A stretch of 64,000 nucleotides of DNA. Source: Flaccisagitta enflata (taxonomy: Eukaryota). Position numbers and translations under genes: made by a program. The notes below the pieces were generated by a model, which saw only the letters and a list, made by a program, of their open reading frames with translations, made no database searches and was not told where the DNA came from. The stretch spans positions 21,266,001 to 21,330,000 of the forward strand of contig OZ231126.1 in NCBI GenBank assembly GCA_965153355.1, read 5' to 3'. The number at the start of each line of letters is the position of its first letter. The stretch's first letter is position 1. Positions 41,661 through 55,816 of the stretch are shown here, piece by piece.

Positions 41661-43399
41661 ACGCCCACGAGTTTCAACTGGCACTGTCTATGAGCGTCTA
41701 TCTGACTGACGACTTGTGGTGAAAGAAAGTTGGCCGATTGGAAAATAGGAAGGCGATCGTCTCGTTTATTCCATAAAAATTTCAACAACTGAAGAGAGGG
41801 GGAAAAATGAAAGGGAAAGTGGGCGTTAATTGTGATCAGCAAACGCAAAAGATAACATGAAATCGAGATAGGACACAATAAAGGACAGAAACAGCACATG
41901 ACAACATGTTCATCTTCTTCAGAGCCCATGCCACCTGATAATACCTGCCCTGCCCCGGCCCATCCCATTAAATTCATCCATATCATCCCTATAGCAAGCT
42001 GATCGGGCAAGCGATAAAACCATACTAAAATCCGGCGATAAAAATGCAAAAGAGCAAAAGACAAAAATAACAGACCGGAGAACAAGATAAAACAACGTTA
42101 ATAAAACAAAGACGCATCTATAAAACTTACTTTTAGGCCCACTTTCGTTGGTTTCAACCCACAGTCTGTCGAAGTCAAATTAACGTTAATTGTCCGTTCA
42201 TAAGTTTATCTGCAATAAAAGATGAGAGATTATTGAAATTAGTGAATCCTAAGGGCGCATCTCAAACGATCACGAAAATCAATCAATCACTTTAAGAAGC
42301 AATGTCAAATAAATAAAATCAATCAATCCAAAAATTGACGATACGAAAGATGAGTTACGTATGTTCGCCACGTAATAAAAACAAATGGCACAAAATACAA
42401 GGCGCAACCATATGGTTACCCATCTAGCGTTCAATATAAAAAATGGCGAGAAACAAAAGACGCGGGCATTGAATAATCGAGAAAGAGGAAAAGCCAAAAG
42501 CACGCAAAAGAGACAAAAGCACACATACCTAAGAAACGGACAGACATACATTTCTAACATTCTGCCCCATTTTTGGAATTTCACGAATTTCAAAAATCCG
42601 ACATCTAGTTTCCAGTCGGGGAAACCCTACTAAAAAACCGATACTACCTTCCTTAAAAAAAAATTTACATAGATACAGCCCCCGCCCCTCCCCCCCCGTC
42701 CACCGCCTCTTACATCCCCACCCTAACTATCAACAGATCGACGACTGCACGAATGATGATTCCCGTCCGGAAAGGATCCACCACCAGCAAATTTTCAACG
42801 ATCAACGATGACGCGGATGGAGACGAGGCGGCGACGAGGAGGTTGAGGCGCCCGTTCTGTGAAAGTTAAAGGGAAGGGGGGGGGGGAAGGGGAACGGGCC
42901 TTGGAGCACTCCAAGCCTGGGATTTGACTTGAGAGTGGAAAATAATAAGTGGGGGCATACTACTAAAACATGTCATACGAAAGTATTCGTAATAATGACT
43001 AAAAAGACCATGTCTAAAACAAACACAACAAAAATGTACATGTTCCAAAGAACCAAACAAAACAAGACAAAATTAAATAAATTACTAACTATATAATAAA
43101 AACGAATCTGTTAAATAAAAGAAAAATTAGTAAGCATCATGGAACGACCACATCACCTGCGCCTTCTCCATTACAGAGACGAGCGGGTCATTCCGGCTCC
43201 AACATCTCGTCAACTCGTGGGCGAAAGGCGATGAATGATGTCGTCAACGGCGACCGCATCGAAAGGCGCAGGTGGTGCAGCCGTCTGAGAGTGAATCCTC
43301 CCCGAAGGGAAGAAAAAGAAAGAGAAAGAACAGGGGCAGATTGATTAGTAAAGTTCTTATCGTACACAGATTCAAATTTACCACAAAAACTCAACCTCA

Positions 43400-44500
43400 A
43401 CCCTTCCCAAACCATGATACTTACGCGGGCGTTTTTCGCCAGGCCCCGGGGCGGACGTCATTCCCACGCCCCGGGTAGCGCCCCCGACTTGGCCGGCCTG
43501 TCCATCGATGGGATGAGGATGTGATGGTGGAATACGATCCTCAGCGAATGGCGGCGCTCTCCACGCCATGTTGCAAATTGGTAGTTAAATTGAACAGCAA
43601 CTGGGCGTGGCACCAATCAGCGTTTAGCTGGCGGTCTGATTTTTCCAAGGCCTGGTTCGATTTTTCTTATTCCCAGGCTTGGGAGCGTCTTTTTGCGACA
43701 GGATCTGCTGACCGACTTTTTCTGCAGGAGAAGACGCAGGAGGTGGAGATGCTGCATCGCAATTCGGCGCCAGTCGAAATTTAGGACGCACAGCGGACGC
43801 AGTTTTGAAGTCGACGGCCATAGCCGCCTTTGCGCGTTCCACCGCTTCCTCTTTCTTCTTAGCCTTCATCGCACAGGCCTGCTTCTCCTTTTCAAGCTGC
43901 TTCTCCAGTTCCACGACTCGCTTATTGCCTTTGACCACCTCATTGTCCGCAGCCATTGCTGCTCGACGAGCATCGTCTCTCTCCTTTTGGATGTGCGACG
44001 AATCCTCTCGTCTAAGACTTGACGAGCCGCTTGAACTCGTTGACGCGGGGAAGCGACGCGAAGAAGTCTTTTTGAAGCCTTGATGCTACCCACCACCCCC
44101 AATGGAGCATTTGAGGTCAGTAAAGAGGCTTCTCGTAGCAATGACTCGGCGATGTGGTGTCCATGCGCAGGATCAAAGGCTGGATCCGACGGGGGAGGCG
44201 GGTTCTGCACTTGCTGCAGACCTTGGGCAGACTCGGTTTGCTGACGAGGCGCTACACCAGCTTTAACAGATGCTGAAGCACCAACTAGTTCGCTTCCTAC
44301 CGCTGCTTTTGATGGCTGCGAGTGAAAGGAAGACGCTCCCGTCTGCTGACCAGAGACTTTGAGGTTTAACAGCGGACGCCAAGCACCGCAAGTAGAACTC
44401 CTCCCTTGGCTGCTGCTTATGCTTCTTCCCAGCTCTCTTGGTCTTCTTCCCCTTTGCTGCCGCTGCCCCAGGCGCCTGATCTCAGCTTCTGGGCTGTTGC
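43400..44500 (-). pseudogene. Decayed GC-rich ORF with a coiled-coil segment, possibly a retroelement gag/ORF1 remnant
   Basis: Minus-strand frame ERDDARRAAMAADNEVVKGNKRVVELEKQLEKEKQACAMKAKKKEEAVERAKAA, broken by stops and frameshifts; no diagnostic domain recognised. Confidence 0.35.
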
Positions 44501-46450
44501 CAACGTGGGAGCTTTTCCCCAATGTAGATAATCAGTTTTACTATTTCTCGTTTTAAAATACTGAATAATTTGAGCGTACAAAACAAAATGGAGCGAGGGG
44601 AAAATAATGAAAAGCATTTAACCGCCGATCTAGGGCAATATGGCGTGCATGTATGAACGAGACAAACCTAGGCTGGAACCAGGTCGTTGCGGTCGTCAAA
44701 GTGGTCGTTGATGTGGTCGTCTTTGTGGTCGTCGTGTGGTAACTCGGTGTAATGTGTGCTCGTCGTCTGTATATCGAAGCGGGGTTTTGTTTCTCTCTCG
44801 TTTCTCTCGTTTCTCTCTCTCTAGCTTAGGATCGTTATGAGTAATGAATCGCATCTTTGATGGGACATAAATGAGTTTTACGAGCCGAGGAGGAAATTTC
44901 AACAAACCCTTACACGAAAATGTCAGAGGAAAAGAGGGAAGGGGAGAAGGCAGAGGAAGAAGAAGAAGCAAAAGAAGAAGGGGGAAGAAGATGAATAATA
45001 ATAACAATAATAATAATAATAATAACAATTAATAATAATTAACAACAATACTGAAGAATAATAAATAACAATAATAGACAACAGCAATAAGAATATATAT
45101 AATATAAAATATATATAGTAGTAATGAAAAATGAGTAAATGAGTGTTTGAGTATTGATAATAGTATAAATATGTTATAACATATGAAGAAAATATGCTGC
45201 TACATGCTGGTTGTCTGCGTTGGTTGTTGTTGTCGCTGTCGCTGCGCTCGTTGTTGTTGCTGTTCGTTCGTCGTCGCTGTTCGTTCATCGCTCGTTGTTA
45301 TTGAAAAGAAAGAAAAAGATAAAATAACAAAAGAACAATAATAAAACATTAAATAAAATAAGAAAACAAAAATATAAAAAACTGAAAAATATATAATAAT
45401 ATTAATAATAACAGCTAATAAATAATAAATAGTACAATAAAATAAATAATTAATGAAGATGAATAAGAAGAAATAAAGATAAATAATAATAAAAAGAATA
45501 GAAGAAACAGAATATTAATAAATAATAGAAGAATAAGAAGAAGAATAATTATAATAAGAAGAAGAAGAAGAATAATAATAATAATAAATAAATAATAGCT
45601 GAATAGTATTAAATAATAGTTTATAAAAATAGGGACAGAAGAAGAAGAAGAAGAAGAAGAAGAAGAAGAAGAAGAAGAAGAAGAACAAGAAGGAGAAGCA
45701 AAAAAGAAGAAGACGAGAAAGCAGAATCAAGCATAAAAAAAAAGGCGAAAGGGAGGGAAAGTATTCAAAGGAGCGGCAAGGGCAAGGGCAATGCGGAGTA
45801 AGAGAGAGAGGAATAGACAGACGGAAAGAAGGACAAACAGACAGAGTTAGAAAAACAAACAGGAGACAAAAAAGAGGGAAAATGCACAACCAGTAACCGC
45901 AACAACCAGTTGTCAGTAGAAGTAGGGAAAAGCATGGCGTGAAACGTAGGTCGTAGAGGTAGGCATTCTTTGATACATACCCACGACTTGCTACTCATGA
46001 TCATGACGACAGCAGCACCAAACCTTGCATTAGAATTTTGACTGTTTGTTTCATTTGAGGGCAATTGATATGACAGAGGAAGGGATTAGGTAAAATTTTT
46101 CGACAACAAGGAAACCCGTTCAATGACAATTCGACGATTTATTGGCTCATTGGCAGAATTTTTTTGCGAAAAATGCTCAATAAGTCAGTACCCACCATAA
46201 CGAATATCAAGATACCTATAGAATTATTCTGTACAAAAGTTAATCAATGCAATTTCCTAGAGACTGCTTTTTAATTCATTTTCTACAACCACATTCTAGA
46301 AGAATGTACATTCGATTAGAGATAGTGAAATGCCTATACTTTCTCGAAGTTCAATACAGTGGGCCTGGCAACAACTAATAACTAATAACGAATAATGAAG
46401 ACGACAATCACGTCGATGCTAATGATAATAAGCGCGTGTTTGATTCTTAC

Positions 46451-47399
46451 CTGCGTTATCCGCGTAGTGATCGCCGACTAGAGGAAGTCCTCCACTGACT
46501 GCCGCCGCTGCGGTGGCCGGAGAAACGTGATGACCGCCGGTAACGTCAAATGTCCCGTTAAAAGACGCGGCAGCCGCGGCGTTGGCGCCGTGCCAGCTGC
46601 GGGGGTTCAACGCCGCCGTGCCGACGTGGGGGTGGGGCGGGTGGTGAGGGTTCACGTGGGGATGGGCGGCGGATGCGGCGGCGGCGGCGGCGGTGGCGGC
46701 GGCTGGGTGATGATGATGGGGGTGGTTGTAATAAGAAGATGCGGCCGCTGCCGAGTAGGCGGAGGGATTAAATGGGTTGGTTCTATCGACTAATGACGAG
46801 TAAGGGCTGAGAGTGGGTAAGTTGGCGGTGTACATGGACGCCGAGGCCGCCATCGACGTCGAATCGGCAGAGTTTTTCCACAACGCGAATTGATCGGCGT
46901 AATGATCCTTCGCCGACGCCGAAATCGAATTCGGCAAATAGTCGCTTTTCATAAATTCGTTTTTGATGTATTCGTTTTTCACGGCAGTTTCGTATTTCGA
47001 GTAGTAAGACGCCGCCGCGGAAACGGAAGTCCGTGACACGGCCGCAGCCGCCGCCGCGGCCGCCGCTGCCGCCGCCGATGACGCAGATTGCGATGGCAAC
47101 GCCGAGGAGGCGTGAGATACCGGCGATGGTAACGTCGTGTTCTGATGCGGCGAGTGCTGCGGCGGCTGCTGCTGCGGCGGTTGCTGCTGCTGATGTTGTT
47201 GTTGCTGTTGTTGTTGTTGCGCCGACGATTGCTGTTGTTGCTGTTGGTGTTGGGAAGTGGAGATGGAGGAAGCGGAGATGGCGGCTGTGGCGGCGGTGGG
47301 AGTTGGGGGATGAGCGGCGAGCGGCGTGGCGGCGGCGGTGGCAGCCAGCGGTAATAACACCGGATCCTGATATTTGGGCGCCACCAGACCTTCCATCAT
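46451..47399 (-). CDS. Large first coding exon of a probable developmental transcription factor, copy B
   Basis: Same 949 nt exon as 24324-25272, with a canonical donor GCAG|gtaaga; protein identical apart from polyQ length shifts. Confidence 0.88.
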
Positions 47400-47745
47400 G
47401 GTGACTGGTGGGGGTGGAGAAGCGATCAAAAGAGACGAGGAGAGTCAAAGTCAAGAGATGAGATTTGGAGAGATGGAAAGAGACGAGCAGAGTTACGGAG
47501 AGATGGCAAAAATGACTCCTTGAATTGGTTCCTTTTGTGAATTGGCGTTTAGACGTTGTGTGTATTCACTTACTCATCAAGGCGGAGCTGACTTAAAGAA
47601 AAAAAAATATTTTAATGATACAATTTCCATAAACGCATGGGCAAGAAATGAGATAATGATTCAGAATTGCTTTGGATGGAGCAAATTCCATTAGTGAAAA
47701 TTTTTATGAAAAAGACACAAAACGGATGGGACAGACTGTTAATCT

Positions 47746-47907
47746 CATCTGGCAAAAAGCACTGTGCGTTTTTTCTATAATTTGTGATCTTATTAGGAAA
47801 CCTTTCATCCAAACTTTAATGACACAATTTTGTTAAACAAAAAAAAAACAAAAAAAAAAAAACAAAAATTTATATCAACCTAAACAGACAGTGTTTTTGT
47901 TCAGATG
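47746..47907. mobile_element. 162 bp MITE, present only in copy B
   Basis: Imperfect 20 bp TIRs catctggcaaaaagcactgt and acagtgtttttgttcagatg. Copy A has the empty site actgttaatatatatttc (~25611-25628). Confidence 0.7.
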
Positions 47908-48548
47908 TATATTTCATATGTCTGAAGAAAACGACGCGAGTTATGTCATGAGTGATATCATTTAGTGTCCGAGGAGAAATTTTGGAGGAATATTCTTAGA
48001 GAAACGTCCATTCACACTGTCCAGTTGGTCTGATTAAATGTGCGTAACAAGAGCGTATCCGCATGTGGTCTTTTAATTATAACTCCCCCTCATGAATAAG
48101 TGACAACAGATGTTTCTGTCAGACAAATGGACTGATACTTAAAGTTGAAGACAAAAAATATCAATTATACCCACTTAGCCTTGAAACCTTGAAAAGAGTA
48201 AAATGAATTGGAATAAATACAAAGTTACCAATCATTTCATCGTTGGTGGGGACTCGTATGATACAATTATCAGCTGGAGGCCGGGAAGACATACGGATCA
48301 GAATATCATATATCAGGTCACGGGAGGCCGAGAGAGAGAGTAAAAGGAATAGTCTGGATCGTAAGTTTAGGACTCAGCGGGTGTCATCATGCGGGTGATT
48401 CTTCTTTTGATTTTTTTTTAATCACGTCTTTAAGAATGACCGCAATTGTTATACTTTTTTCTTTTTTTTCATTTTTTTTCCCTTTGCTTATTTCCTATTC
48501 TAATTTGAATCTTTATTTTTAATAAGGAAGGAAACCGAGCCCAATTAT

Positions 48549-48727
48549 TTGTTAATCGCGACTCTACAACCCGCTTTGTCGGTCCGTCGGTCCGTCGGTC
48601 CGTCACACTTTTTTTCATTTTTTGCGGTCTTTGGCCTCACTACTCCTGCCCAAATGATGGGGTGGCCTCAAATATAGCCCCTGCCCACCCGCACGCGACT
48701 TGGGTAGCCGTGTATCCGGCCTTGTTT
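48549..48727 (+). mobile_element. HINE-like element, present only in copy B
   Basis: cgcgactctacaacccgc (GTCG/GTCC)n ... cccctgcccacccgcacgcgacttgggtagccgtgtatccggccttgtt; absent at copy A ~27540. Confidence 0.8.
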
Positions 48728-49180
48728 ATTTTGTATTTTCCTGAACACAGTTGAACCCCGCTATGACAGATGCCTAGGGATCAACAAATCCTATAATTAC
48801 CAACAAAGTCAAAGGAACTATGTTTAACATAAACACGGCCAAAAACATGGCTAATAAGTAATTGCTTGCAGGTGGGCAGAAGCAGAAATGCGGGAGGGCG
48901 GGACCTACCTAATATAGGTGGGCCAGGGCAGTAACGCTTAGAAATCACATGGACACACTCTGATAGAGTCGCTTAGCAAGCGACTAAAAAGAAGTGTCTT
49001 AAATTGATAAAGATCTAGTGTCTATTACAGGCGGATGGCTATTACTCTTGGGGGCGTTAAAGCTAGGTATAACTGTATATCGTCCCCTCTTTGATTTCTT
49101 TCTTCCTCATTGCCTTCATACTCTTTTCCATTTTGTTTGTTTCTCTCTCTCTCTCTCCCTCTTTCTCTATTTCCCTCTCT

Positions 49181-49224
<44 letters not shown>

Positions 49225-50664
49225 TTTGTCACCTTTTTTATCTCCTGCTCGACCATAAATAGACCTCGTAAAGCAACGCAGTCGCTCCTTAGCAATGACC
49301 ATTTTCGAGTATGGCACAATAGAGACTTTTTTTGAGCCTCACTGTAAAAACCCATTTTACTACTTGTTCCATCTTAAGCAATCATTGTTCGTCACCCGTT
49401 GTTATTCAAACTTTGAAAACGAGACGTTTTGATTTCTATAAATAGGAATTTGCCATTTGCAAATTGCAAATTGCAAATTGCAACAAAATCCAAATTAGAT
49501 GAACAGTTTTGCTGCATAGATAGTTGTTTAACTCGTCTGACAACCTTGAGAAAAAATACAATAGAGAGAAACTTCATCGGAAAAAAAAAGACAAATATCA
49601 ACCGTTTACTGTCTCAATGAGGCAATTATTCCTAAAATGATAACCAAAACAATCCGAACCAAGATCGTCAGAGGCATTAACTTAATGATCACGGACGGAC
49701 TGACGGATAAGCAAGCCCTACTCTATATTCTGTATGACATGTGGAACAATATAGTATGATGTACACAAGATCGCGAATTCATCATCTTCAAATATCCCCA
49801 GAAAGTAGACTTCACGTCGATACCGTTGCATTTTTAAAGACGATGTTCACAATCTATGCTTGAGCATTGCAAACGTACATGTTGCCATACTTATTAGTTA
49901 ACACTTACTTAAGACTTAGGCAAGACCCACACTAAGCACGTGTTGTGAATATCCTCCAGCTCCAGCTGATATATAAGACGAAGGCCAGTTCAGAAAAAGA
50001 TTAAATCATAAAACGTCCTCGTTAAAACGCGTAAAATGATTACGACATATCGGGTTTAAAGTTTTCTTCCTTTGTTTTCTTTCTTTCTTTGCATTACAAA
50101 GGAAATTTTTCTCCTAATTTTTTCTCTCTCTTTTTTTTTACTCTCTTTTTTTGCTGTTTTCTGAAGGAGTCATCAGACCGAAGAAGAAAAAATATTCGGG
50201 TGAAAAGAATGAAGATTTTAATTTTCTCCGTTTTTCCGTTGTTGGCCGAAATTCTTTGAGCATTGGGCGACGGAAAAAAAGAATGAATGAATGAATGAAT
50301 GGAGAAAAGAAGAAAAGGAAAGAAAAAAGGAGAGAGGAATGGAGGAAATAAAGGAGGAAATTCGGAGTAACGGAGAAGGAAGGAAGGAAGGAAGGAAGAA
50401 GAATGCGAATGCGAGTGGAAGAAAAGAAGACGTAATAAAAATCGCGAATCTCAATGGACCCATAAAATGCATTCAAGGTAAAAAACGAATTTTACAATCG
50501 ATATTTCTTGTTCAAGAATGACAGTAAAAAATTGCCGATGCAAATCCAGAAGAAGAAAAAATTGTTTCTCACTCTATCTTCTGTTTATAAAATTATCTTC
50601 GCTCTCTCTTTCCTTCATATCTTCTCTCTTTCCCTCTTCCTCTCTCTTACTTTCTTTCTAACTC

Positions 50665-50735
<71 letters not shown>

Positions 50736-50887
50736 CTTTTTTTTATTTCTTTCTTTGTTTCTTCTTTCTTTCTTTCCCCCCCGCTGTTTCGACTCTTTTT
50801 CACTCTCGCGCAGTCACCTAGAGCATCTAAAAGTCATACATTAGAAATAAAGAGGTTGTAAAATGCCGACAGAGTATGAGAATAAGA

Positions 50888-50942
<55 letters not shown>

Positions 50943-51059
50943 GTATCTCACTCTCTATTTCTCTCCCTCTTTCCGTCGAATTTCACGATCGGGTTTAAAC
51001 GAGGCAGGGCCGGACCGTATTATGGTTATAGTGCACTTGAGCTTCGACGATAACCGTCC

Positions 51060-51093
<34 letters not shown>

Positions 51094-51386
51094 TTTGGTT
51101 ACGCCACAGATAGAAAGAACCAAATCGAGAAAAAGCACTTTTTTTTTGCCCTTCTCCATAAAAATTCTTGTCTCTCATTCTCCGTTACTTCTTTTCATAT
51201 TTCTCCCTTTCTTACTCTTTCTCTTATTCTTTATTTTTCTCTTTCTCTCCCAATCTGTTTTTTTTTCTCTCATTTCTAGAATAAGAGAACGACAGAAGGA
51301 GACACGAGAGATAGAGACGACGTTACAGACGATGACGACGACGACGTCGCTGTTGACGTTGATTCTGACGACGCCAATGCAAACCA

Positions 51387-51449
<63 letters not shown>

Positions 51450-51505
51450 TCTAACATGATGAATAGAAAGGTTCTCTCTTCTCTTCCTCCTTAGAAATAA
51501 CATCT

Positions 51506-51552
<47 letters not shown>

Positions 51553-51563
51553 CTCTCTCTCTC

Positions 51564-51606
<43 letters not shown>

Positions 51607-52705
51607 CTCATTTTCATTTGATATGTTTAATTGTAACCGGAATTTTCTCCTCATCCTCACACGTTGAGGAGGAGGAGGAGGAGGAGGAGGTGAGGAAGAA
51701 GGAGAAACGAGAAAAGAGAGAGGAAGGGGAGAGAAACGATTGAGGAGAAATAAAAACAAGGAGGAGGAGGAGGAGGAGGAGGAGGAGGAGGAAGAGGAAG
51801 ATGTGGAAGAAGAAGTCAAGGATGAGCTCATCTCTACATTGACTAGACGCGTATGTGTGATTGTGTGAGGAAATTAAAAATCAGCGAGAGAGAGAAAAGA
51901 AATTGCATCGCAGAGATGATTAGATTAAAGACAGAGAGACTCAAACAGGGCCGATTACGTCATCAGAGGTGCCCTTAAAAGCAATAGTTGACAAATACCC
52001 AAAAAAGGCCGATTGAGACAGTGGTGCCCATTGAAAATGTTGTTGACTGGAAGTCAAACTGGGTCAATTAAGACATAAAAGCCATTAGGAGGTTATAAAT
52101 GCCCATTACACATACATGGCCGACACGCCTGCAAACAAGGCTGATTAGGCCATCTGAGGTTCCCATTGGAGTTGTTGTTGACGCAAACCTAAGAAAGATC
52201 GGTAAGATTATTGGATGTGCTTTTTAGTCGTGGGCAAGCCTGATATGTCGGTCGGTCGGTTGATCGGTCGCTGCCCCTGCTCACCCGCCCGAGACATAGA
52301 TAGCCGTATATCCGGCCTTGTTTGAATCTTTTTTTTGCCGTCAGACACCCATACGAAGCCGGGCAGAACATGGGGGAAGACGTTCAGATCCGTTTTGAGC
52401 AAGCAGAGTAAAAAGCCGATTAGGGTCGGAAAGATAAGATGTTTCAAATTTAAGATTCCAATCGATCATCACAATCAGACGGACGAACAATTGCCAAAAG
52501 TCGCTTGAATGCTGGAAACTTTACCATAGATACAACATCCGTGAGTGGCTGATGAATTCGTGAGTACGTGACTTGGTAGCTGAATTGTTGTCCCTGGATG
52601 TATTCGAAATTTTTGACAAAAATTTGCGAATTGTGCGTTTGGACTAGGAGGTACATTTCGGTGCGTGCTCGAAAAATTACGCCATCGTTGGTGTGCATGT
52701 GTGTG

Positions 52706-52838
<133 letters not shown>

Positions 52839-53211
52839 GTGAGTGTGGACGTTACAAGAGCTTATCTGTGCCCTTTGATTAACTGGGCCGCAAAAATGTC
52901 AGAAAGTTTCTTTTAAGAAGACGAATGAATGAGCAAGAAAAACGAGTTATTCAGTTTCATTGACCTTTGTTTTGAAAATTGCTTACGACGTGTTGATTTA
53001 GTTGTAGTCTATGTCATTGTTTTCACTTTTTTAGTTTTTTGGATGTTGTTTTTGTTTTTGTTTTGGTTTTGGTTTTGGTTTTGGTTTTGGTTTTGGTTTT
53101 GGTTTTGGTTTTTGTTTTTGTTTTTGTTTTTGTTTTTGTTTTTGTTCTCGTTGTTTTCACTTTTTTAGCCTTTTTGAAGCCGGATGTTGTTGTCGTTTTT
53201 GTCACTGTCAA

Positions 53212-53309
<98 letters not shown>

Positions 53310-55779
53310 TTGTTTTCTTTCCAAAAGCACGTTATTCGTGATGTTCATTTTTCGGCGTCTTCAGTGCGGCGCTCCCCAGAAAAATAACTTATGATATAAG
53401 AAGAATCCTAAAAGCAATTTTCGTTTCCGTCTTTTATTCCGAAAGACGACTCTTTTCTATTCTACGGCCACGCGCAAAAATCGAGAGAATGAGAGAGAGA
53501 GAGAGATAGAGAAAGGGAATAAGAGACAGAGCGCGAGCGCGAGACAGAGATAGAGACAAAGTGTATTAAAGAGAAGGAGGGTGAAATTTCCCCTTTTTTT
53601 CGGGCAAAACGCGTGCGGCGGAAGGAGACGTTCTTCGTCCTTTATCGTCATCGCCGTCATTCGTCGTCATCGTCGTCATACACGTCGTCGTTGTCGTCAT
53701 CGTCGTCATCGGCTGTATGATTCAATCGTTGTCATGATAAAAGTCGTTTTCGTTATCGGTATGTATTTTTTTTTATTGATAGTAATCGTTATGAATTTCT
53801 ATGCTTTCCAATTTCACGGAATGGTTAAAAAATAATCAAACAAAAGTAAAAATAGATTTGATTTGATTTCGGTTTATCTAACAATATCCTCGACGGTCAC
53901 GTATGAGACTTTGAATAGATTTCTGCGAATTTGAACAAAATCTAAACAAGGCTAACACCCGTAAGCCGCGTGCGCTTACCAACACCCAATCATTAGAATT
54001 ACTATGTTGACAAAAATTACTTTGTTCAATGTTATTGACTAGAGTGACTTATGGATCCTTCATAAGGACTAAAATTCCGTCAACACAGCTTCAATTCGAA
54101 AAACTGAGCCAAAGAAGTCAAGTCCAAAATGATGGTAAAAAAATTCTCTAAGTGTGACTGATGTACTGATGAACCCACCAATGGACCAACAGATGGACTG
54201 AGAGACGCACCAACCACTAGACCGACTGATAGCCGAAGAAATGGACCGATCCAGCGGCTAATGAAAAGAACAAGGCCGGATACACGGCTACCGAAGTCGC
54301 GTGCGGGTGGGCACGGGCAGTGATTAATAGTCGCAAAAGCGTTAGATGGTCAGCGGTACCCGTGCCTGCCTAAGTAGGGGTAGCAGGGCAGCTGCTTAAA
54401 AGGGGTCGAGGACCTCAGCTTCATACATATGGGGAATTTTCTCCTTCTTCGTCTTCTTCTTCTTCTTCTTCTTCTTCTTCTTCTTCTTCTTCTTCTTCTT
54501 CTTCTTCTTCTTCTTCTTCTGCCTTGAGTGCCCTCCTCCTCTGAACCCCCCCTCCCCCAGCCTTCAAGCCCATATCTCAGCCTCAAGGCCCAAATCCCTT
54601 GAGAAAATTGGGCCTTAGGGTTAGGATTTGGGCCTTAAGGTTGGGATTTGGGCCTCATGACTGGGATTTGAGCCTCAAGGCTGGGATATGGGCCTCGATT
54701 CTGAGATATGGGCCTGGAGGCTGGGGGGAGGGGGTACAAAGAAGAGGAGGGAGAAGAAGAAGAAGATAAAGGAAAGGAAAGGAAGCAAAGGTCATTGACC
54801 CCTTCGGGGCCGCTGCCCAAAAAGGCTAACCCAAGCACTTGGGCGGGAGCAGTAATGTAAAAACTGTCAGTAAAGGGATCGACCGACCGACAGAAAAACA
54901 GATATAGCGGTTTATAGATTCGCGTGCACGCGACTAACAATGGACGGACTGACAGACAGACCAACGGACTGATTAACAAATCAACAAAGCAGGATAAAGA
55001 GATTCGTAGCACGCGACTAGCAATGAAATTGATTTTTGAAGTCTTTTTGAGCACTAGGCGAAGTACTTTTTGCTCATAATCTTTCTATCTTCAGAATGAA
55101 TGAGTTTTTTTTTTCATTCTGAGGCAAAACAAACTATATTTGCAAACATTGAAGATAATCAAATACACGTTTTTAGATCCGTTACAGTCGAAGTTGATTT
55201 CACCATTCATGAGAGTTAAAAAAGAGCATGTACCGCACAAATCAGTCCTCATTCGCAAAATACTCCAGCACCTACGTCAGACAGTGCATCGGTCACTTCG
55301 CTGACTGGCCCCCTAATCAGACAAACACGCAGACTTATAGTCAATAACACAATTAGCCGATCGACCACTTGATATTCTCTCCATCGTCTGCCGTAGGGGA
55401 TCAGATCAATGAGCAGTGAGCAGTGAGTGGGGATGTGGGAAAAGCAATGTGGGAAGGGGGTGATAAGGAGGGTGGGAGAATTGGACAGGGAAAAGAAAAA
55501 GAAGAAGAAGAAGAAGAAGAAGAAGAAGAAGAAGAAGAAGAAGAAGAAGAAAAAAGAAGAGAGAAGAAGAAGAATGAAGAGAGAAGAAGAAGAAATGAAA
55601 AAAGAAAAGAAAAGAAAAGAAAAGAAAAGAAAAGAAAAGAAAAGAAAAGAAAAGAAAAGAAAAGAAAAGAAAATGAAAGAAAAGAGAAGAGGAAAAGAAA
55701 AAAGAAAAGAAAAGAAAGAAGAAGAAGAAGAAGAAGAGAAGAGAAGAAGAAGAAGAGAAGAAGGAAGAAGAAGAAGAAA

Positions 55780-55816
<37 letters not shown>

